From: Macrostomum lignano
Lineage: Eukaryota
Assembly (NCBI GenBank): GCA_002269645.1
Contig: NIVC01001165.1
Coordinates: 220,261-284,260, forward strand
Reading direction: 5' to 3'
DNA length: 64,000 nt
Shown: piece after piece, positions 60,601 through 64,000 of the stretch
Layout: the number at the start of each line of letters is the position of its first letter
Position numbering within the stretch: the first letter of the stretch is position 1
Notes under the pieces: generated by a model
Databases searched by the model: none
The model's input: the letters and a program-made list of their open reading frames with translations, nothing else
What the model was told of the DNA's origin: nothing
Made by a program: the position numbers and the translations under genes

Positions 60601-62858
60601 GATGTCACAGATGGACACAGGGATGCCAGAATGGAACCCAGGAATGCCAGAATGGACACAGGAATGCTACAGATGGACACAGAGATGTCACGGATGGACA
60701 CAGGGATGTCACGGACGGACACAAATGTCACAGGGATGCCACAGACGGACACAGGGATTAGGGATACCAGAACGGACATAGTGTCAGACACCAGCAGCCG
60801 CTCACCTCAGCTTCATCGAGCGCCTTCTGCACAGCCTCCGCCCGATCCGCAGCGGAGTTCTGTCTGGCCAGATGCCGCTCCTCCATCCTGGCCCGCTCAA
60901 TGGCATCCAGCCGCACAGTGTCCAGGTACTCGCGCTGCTGTCTCAGGGCGGCCTGCTTGTCCAGCTCGCAGGCGCGGCGAAGATCCCGCTTGGCCATGTC
61001 TTCGGCTTTGTCGCGCAGGGAGCACACCTGGGGGACAGGAGTGGGAAACAGAAATTGCACCTTCTCCGGTTCATTGGGTACAGGTACATGGATAGGACTG
61101 GGGGGGGGGTGTCGCCACAGACACCCTCAATTATCCCAGCTAATGCTGGCACCCATTTTACAGCTGGGTGGGTGAAGTGAAGCAATGCAGAGAGTTAAGT
61201 GTCTTGCTCAAGGACACAAACAGTTCCTAGTGGGATTGGGAATCGAACCCCCGACCTTCAAGTCGTAAGTCCGACGCTCAAACCACTAGGCTACAACCCC
61301 ATGTACAGTACAGCACATAGAAGCGCGCCAATACTGTGCGAAGGCAGCACCAATACACACGCTCACAGAGGGTGTACAGCGGCACTTTGACTCTCTGATC
61401 GTCAAGCATGTACAAAAAGATGACAAGTATGATTTGAATCAGTTGCAATGCACATTCACAAGCTCCGAACGAATGGAATCGAACTAGGGGATCGTTTGTG
61501 CGAAAGACAGAATACGCTTTTGACGCTGAGCTGCTTCCAGAATCTGATAATTTAACTAACAGATTTAATAAATATAGCTATTTATCTGAGTACTAACCGC
61601 GCCCAGCGCTGCTTAACTTGTATGAAAAATTACAATTATATATATATTTATATATTATTACATGTGGCTGTCTCAGCGTACTGCAGAGCGCACTGGGGTC
61701 AGTGATACGCAGAGCAGCACAGAAAAAGTTAGCCCCAGCATCCTCAGCTTCATCTGCCACAGCTAGGGAACGCCTCAGACAGCTATTTGAGAATTTAACA
61801 AGCTGACTAGGAGCTGTTTGTGGACAAAAGAGATTTGCAAAAACAAAGACCATAGGAAAGCTATTGATTACAGCATTGGTGCCACACAAAATAAAAGCCC
61901 CTAATTGACTGCGTACTAACCGTGATTAAGCTTGCTTAACCTACTTAAACAATAACGATATGATATTACTACTTTGATTCTAGGGCACTGGTAGTGAGAA
62001 ACAAAAGTACATGTGGCTGTCTCAGCGTACTGCAGGGCGCACTGGGGTCAGTGATACGCAGAGCAGCATAGAAAAAGTCAGCCAAGCATCTTAAAGCTTC
62101 ATCTGCCACAGCTAGGGAACGCCTCAGACAGTCAATTTAACAATGCAGGCTGACTGGGAGCTGTTTGTGGACAAAGAATTATTGCAAAAATCAAAGAGCC
62201 GTAATTAATTTCAATTAGATGTTTTATACAATATCGGCCATATTTAAAAGCGTACTAACCACGATAAGATTTGCTTAACCTACTTGAACATAACGATAAC
62301 ATATCAGATAGTTGTGTTATTAATAACTGCACTGTCATGTGGCTGTCTCAGCGTACTGCAGGGCGCACTGGGGTCTGTGATACGCAGTCGAGCAGCATAG
62401 AAAAAGTCAGCCCCAGCATCCTTAAGCTTCATCTGCCACAGCTAGGGAACGCCTTAAAACAGCTATTTGAGAAGCTGACTAGGAGCTGTCTGTGGATTGG
62501 TATGCCTGCAGTATGTTCCTTAATCCTTAATGCAGGGGTCAGGTAAACATCTTCACATCAAGAGCCAGATGAAAATAGAGGAGAGGCGAGTGATGGGATT
62601 CGAGAAGAGATAAGAGGGAAGAGAGAGACTATTGTAAAGTTTCAAAAGACGCGAAGGCCACATTGAAATAAGAAAATAGAGATTTTGCATGACTAACTAC
62701 ACATGCACAGAAACTCAGTAACGGTCAGGTGCAAATTTAACGCACATCAATGGAACACATAGAAAAGGTCAGCTCAGGATCCTTAGCTTTTCAGTAGTTA
62801 CTTACATACCCCAGTTTTCAATCGCAAAACAAGTAATAAGGTACCCGTCAAAAATTTC

Positions 62859-62889
<31 letters not shown>

Positions 62890-63838
62890 CATATTTTTCT
62901 ACTATAACCACGCTGGGAAAATATCTCACTAAGTCGGCTCACCTGATCCAGGTGCTTCTCGAACTCGGCCTTTTGTTCAGCCAGGGCTCGTTCCCGTTCA
63001 GCCTCCAATTCTTTGCGCAGAGATTCGCGAGCATTGCGCAAGTCCCGGTCAAATTTGGCCTGGGCCTGCTGCAACAGGCTGTCAATGTCTACACGGGAGC
63101 CGGCGGCTGGCTCCGCCACTGCTGGCAGGCTGTCATCGGCTGACACGTAGCGATCGCCCAGCTCTGAGCAGGCGAGGATGAGGATGATGAGAGACCCAGC
63201 TGCATTGACTTGGGATTTTAAAAAGACTTTAAACTACTCTTGACATAACATTGCTTCTAGAATTACGCATACTTTCGATACATATCGTTAGTCTGGTCTT
63301 AAAACCTAAATAAACCGAATTTCAAAGTCGACCATTGCAAAACAGAATTTGCACAGAAAACTGATCCAAAAATGCATGTGGCTGCCCTACATAAACTATC
63401 AGTGCCCTAGAAATTGATAGAAATAATAGAAATAATATCATATCCTTGTTTATGTAGATTAAGCAAACCTAATCGCGGTTAGTAGGCCAGTCAAATAAGA
63501 ACTTGTATTTTGTGTCGCACCAGCGCTGGAATTGCTAGAATAGTTTTTTTAATCATTTATTTTGCCGATATGTATCGAAAATGTAACTAAAATTAATTAC
63601 AGCTCTTTTGTTTTTGCAATAGTGAATTAGTAGGCAACTGCTACTAACAAGTACATGGGTTTCCAGCTGCTGGCTCACCCAGAATGTCCCGATGCGTGGC
63701 CCGCTGCACAGAGAGCACAGTTCTATTGAGCATAGACTCAAGCGAGGCCAGTTGTTGCTGTCGAATAAACTGCGGCTGTCTGGCAGTTTTCTGTCTGGCT
63801 GGCACCAGGTGCGGCGGCAGGCGGGTGCGGGCAGACAT
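57657..63838 (-). CDS. Coiled-coil protein of unknown function, 5 predicted exons (about 393 aa)
   Basis: Exons 63838-63679, 63199-62943, 61027-60806, 59226-59099, 58071-57657; phases 1/0/0/2 consistent with GT-AG; E/K/R/Q-rich heptads. The exon 4 acceptor is uncertain (alternative at 59248 would need an extra exon). Confidence 0.7.
58153..58273 (+). ncRNA. H/ACA snoRNA-like element, copy B
   Basis: Same architecture; ACA at 58268-58270. Confidence 0.65.
58312..58885 (+). repeat. 66/68-bp minisatellite, about 8.5 units (intronic)
   Basis: Unit GCGATCTGAGCCCCAGCCCCACTAGCTAC[C/T]CACACTACTGCAGCTCAGTAGTATCTGAGACT(CT)GTGA. Confidence 0.95.
59255..59480 (+). repeat. Degenerate 19-bp repeat (GGGAGATGCTGGGGAGGCA) next to an acceptor site
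   Basis: Direct reading. Confidence 0.9.
59994..60114 (+). ncRNA. H/ACA snoRNA-like element, copy C
   Basis: Same architecture; ACA at 60109-60111. Confidence 0.65.
60280..60790 (+). repeat. Degenerate about 21-bp repeat (GATGGACACAGGGATGCCACA) next to a donor site
   Basis: Direct reading. Confidence 0.9.
61055..61300 (-). mobile_element. tRNA-derived SINE
   Basis: A box TAGCCTAGTGG, B box GGTTCGATTCC, followed by GTCCTTGAGCAAGACACTTAAC...CACCCAGCTGTAAAATGGGTGCC, resembling the conserved Deu/Nin-type central domain; no CCA/acceptor stem. Confidence 0.8.
61663..61784 (+). ncRNA. H/ACA snoRNA-like element, copy D
   Basis: Hinge variant ACAGAA still fits ANANNA; ACA at 61779-61781. Confidence 0.65.
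62012..62133 (+). ncRNA. H/ACA snoRNA-like element, copy E
   Basis: Pocket variant ATCTT keeps pairing through G:U; ACA at 62128-62130. Confidence 0.6.
62338..62464 (+). ncRNA. H/ACA snoRNA-like element, copy F
   Basis: Most diverged copy, but H box, pocket and ACA (62459-62461) are retained. Confidence 0.55.
62862..62889 (+). repeat. (CA)n microsatellite
   Basis: Direct reading. Confidence 0.95.
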
Positions 63839-64000
63839 GCTTGCTGGCTGCGGGATGCGAGATTGCAATTAACATACAGACCTACTGCAAGTAGTGCGCC
63901 ACGGAAATACGATGCATTTTTTATCAAAGCGTCAAGTAACTTTTTCGACTTTCTTGATGGAATTTGAGAATCAAATGTGTTTATGAGGCTTCAATCAGAT

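Noticed and set aside
58153-62464. snoRNA-like element read on the minus (host-sense) strand, which also ends in ACA
   Set aside because: The hinge would be TTTTTCTAT (no H box) and the rRNA match would be sense rather than antisense. The MITE reading (GCTGTCT/AGACAGC ends) is weakened because three copies break that pairing yet keep ACA; not fully excluded.
57657-63838. Assigning the coiled-coil gene to a named family (e.g. C6orf163-like)
   Set aside because: The resemblance is mostly compositional and cannot be supported without a search.

Overview
Eukaryotic (metazoan) genomic DNA with GT-AG introns, GC-rich exons, AT-rich spacers and many 15-66-bp intronic minisatellites. The style resembles the flatworm Macrostomum, but that is inference. 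From left to right: (1) a near-identical head-to-tail 8.9-kb duplication (1-16977), each copy with a two-exon secreted WSC+PAN-like gene, a decayed Polinton/Maverick-type virus fragment (major capsid C-terminus, adenain protease, possible minor capsid), LINE remnants and VNTRs; (2) an intact 3-exon DDX39/UAP56 gene; (3) a 4-exon ankyrin-repeat + Mab-21/cGAS-like nucleotidyltransferase gene; (4) two tandem paralogues of a secreted protein with two copies of an unrecognised domain plus a C-terminal fibrinogen domain, with introns carrying an RTE-like LINE, a THAP/P-like element and a Tc1-like element; (5) a 5-exon coiled-coil gene. The least expected signal is a ~122-nt H/ACA-snoRNA-like sequence in six copies, five of them antisense within introns of the coiled-coil gene. 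Its 3' pocket is complementary to a conserved LSU rRNA site, and five copies share an upstream TACTAAC-containing motif. All calls were made by eye; no database searches were run.
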